DNA of 64,000 bases from Eledone cirrhosa (lineage: Eukaryota), in the NCBI GenBank assembly GCA_964016885.1, contig OZ024741.1, positions 16,058,001 to 16,122,000 on the forward strand. Reading direction: 5' to 3'. Each line of letters begins with the position of its first letter. The first letter of the stretch is position 1. Under the pieces are notes generated by a model. It worked only from the letters and a program-made list of their open reading frames with translations, made no database searches and was not told the DNA's origin. Made by a program: the position numbers and the translations under genes. Shown piece after piece: positions 63,090 to 64,000 of this stretch.

Positions 63090-63475
63090 TCGTCTGTTTT
63101 TATTTTATTTTTTCTTTCCTTCTCTATGACGTTAGTTGGGAAGGAAGGGGGGACTAAAGCGTGCGAGCTTACAACTCTTACCGCTGTCTCCCCCACCACT
63201 ATTTTCGTTAGCTTCATTTCATTTAACATTTTTCCCAGACGATTGAAATTTTATGCAACAATTTTTTTTAAAAACAGGTTTTTCACCCCTGGGAGGGGCG
63301 AAAATGAGCTGACCCACCGCCTGACAGTTCAGACGGGGGGTCAAGCTGCACAATAGTATCAAAATTAAAATTAAACTTACAAAATTTCCGCAATAAATTG
63401 GAACAAAACTTCTGCGCGAAGTGAATTACGTCTAAGCTATCGAACAGACGACAGCTAGATTAATAAGTATATATA

Positions 63476-63476
63476 T

Positions 63477-63551
<75 letters not shown>

Positions 63552-63581
63552 TAGATAGATAAATAGATAGATAGATAGATA
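63476..63581. repeat. (ATAG)n microsatellite, followed by CT/TA/CA repeats to ~63750
   Basis: Directly visible. Confidence 0.95.
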
Positions 63582-63667
63582 CACCATCTTTATACCCCCT
63601 CTCTCTCTCACTCTCTCTCTTTCTCCTCTCTCTCTCTATATATATATATATACACACACACTCAATT

Positions 63668-63750
<83 letters not shown>

Positions 63751-64000
63751 CATACATATAGTCTGCAGTTTCTGTCAACCAAATTATATATACAGTTATA
63801 AACACAAAGCAGTTATTCAACCCAATGATATTAGATATTAGATATAACTTGCCCAAGATGCCGGACAACGGGACAGAACCAAGAACAACACCTCCCCTCC
63901 CACCTCGCCATACATACACCATCACACCATACACAACCATCACCGCCACACACACACCACACGCCACCACTATCAACACTACCACCATCACCACACACCA

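Larger units (their letters stand above)
57623..63462 (-). mobile_element. L1/Tx1-clade element, divergent family B, full length, with probable target-site duplication
   Basis: ORF1 and ORF2 homologous to family A; 3' end AATAAAGAAAT then (ATCT)n; ATAAGTATA..GATAGATAGAT at both flanks (57601 and 63463). Confidence 0.92.

Overview
Repeat-dominated eukaryotic (animal) genomic DNA. The SINE and microsatellite content suggests a cephalopod or other mollusc, which is an inference. No complete host gene is visible. (1) 1-24300 is a 23-bp satellite array with higher-order block duplications. (2) 24445-48690 is a 24-kb stack of five non-LTR retrotransposons in which every junction is an (ATT)n tract: three near full-length L1/Tx1-clade APE elements on + and two R4/Dong-like RLE elements on -. 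The Tx1 copies share a nearly identical ORF2 but carry two very different 5'UTR+ORF1 modules. (3) About 49100-53480 is a (TA)n field with a 5'-truncated Penelope-like element (GIY-YIG, inverted terminal repeats, minimal hammerhead ribozyme) and several short palindromic insertions. (4) 53480-57600 holds simple repeats, a tRNA-SINE fragment and two bipartite non-autonomous RTE-derived elements. (5) 57623-63462 is a divergent full-length Tx1-like element on - in an (ATAG)n/(TA)n site. In all four Tx1-like copies the ORF1 stop codon lies inside a 5' splice-donor motif, and removing a 51-53 nt putative intron would fuse ORF1 in frame to ORF2.
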